Part shown: piece by piece, positions 15,416 through 15,485 of the stretch | How the letters are laid out: every line of letters begins with the position of its first letter | How positions within the stretch are numbered: position 1 is the first letter of the stretch | From: Candidatus Undinarchaeota archaeon | GTDB lineage: Archaea > SpSt-1190 | NCBI GenBank assembly: GCA_964549355.1 | Contig: CAZJUS010000020.1 | Span: 1 to 15,485 of the forward strand | Reading direction: 5' to 3' | Length of the DNA: 15,485 nucleotides | The notes under the pieces: model-generated | What the model was told of the DNA's origin: nothing | What the model saw: only the letters and a program-made list of their open reading frames with translations | The model's database searches: none | Position numbers and translations under genes: made by a program

Positions 15416-15485
15416 ATTTTGAAAAACTTAGCGCGGTGCCGCAGGCACCGCACACAGTCAAATGCCGTGGCGTTCGCGGGGGTGG

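Overview
Archaeal chromosomal window, inferred from S19e/L39e/L31e/aIF6/Rpp21, archaeal-type tRNAs and BRE/TATA promoters; the compact, divergent genes suggest a DPANN-like lineage (inference). Protein genes: an ABC-2 permease fragment, a small membrane ORF, a glyA-thyX(tandem)-DUF123-pyrG nucleotide operon, a membrane/PepSY-like protein, a shortened DRG/TGS GTPase, a GT2, an EamA transporter, a stand-alone FakA-type DAK2 protein, an internally duplicated NDT-like protein, a phytol/dolichol-kinase::DUF92 fusion, the rpp21-rps19e-PDCD5-rpl39e-rpl31e-aIF6 cluster and a CPA1 antiporter. There are three tRNAs: intron-containing iMet, a second CAU tRNA, and Gln-CUG. The most unusual signal is non-coding. 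Both CAU tRNAs are followed by re-iterations of their own 3' ends, separated by 53-149 bp non-coding cassettes built from a shared set of palindromic modules that recur elsewhere in the window. This suggests a tRNA-targeted family of miniature integrative or REP-like elements. The second CAU tRNA also has a mismatched acceptor stem with a perfectly matching alternative 5' strand 18 nt upstream. All calls are by eye; no database searches were run.
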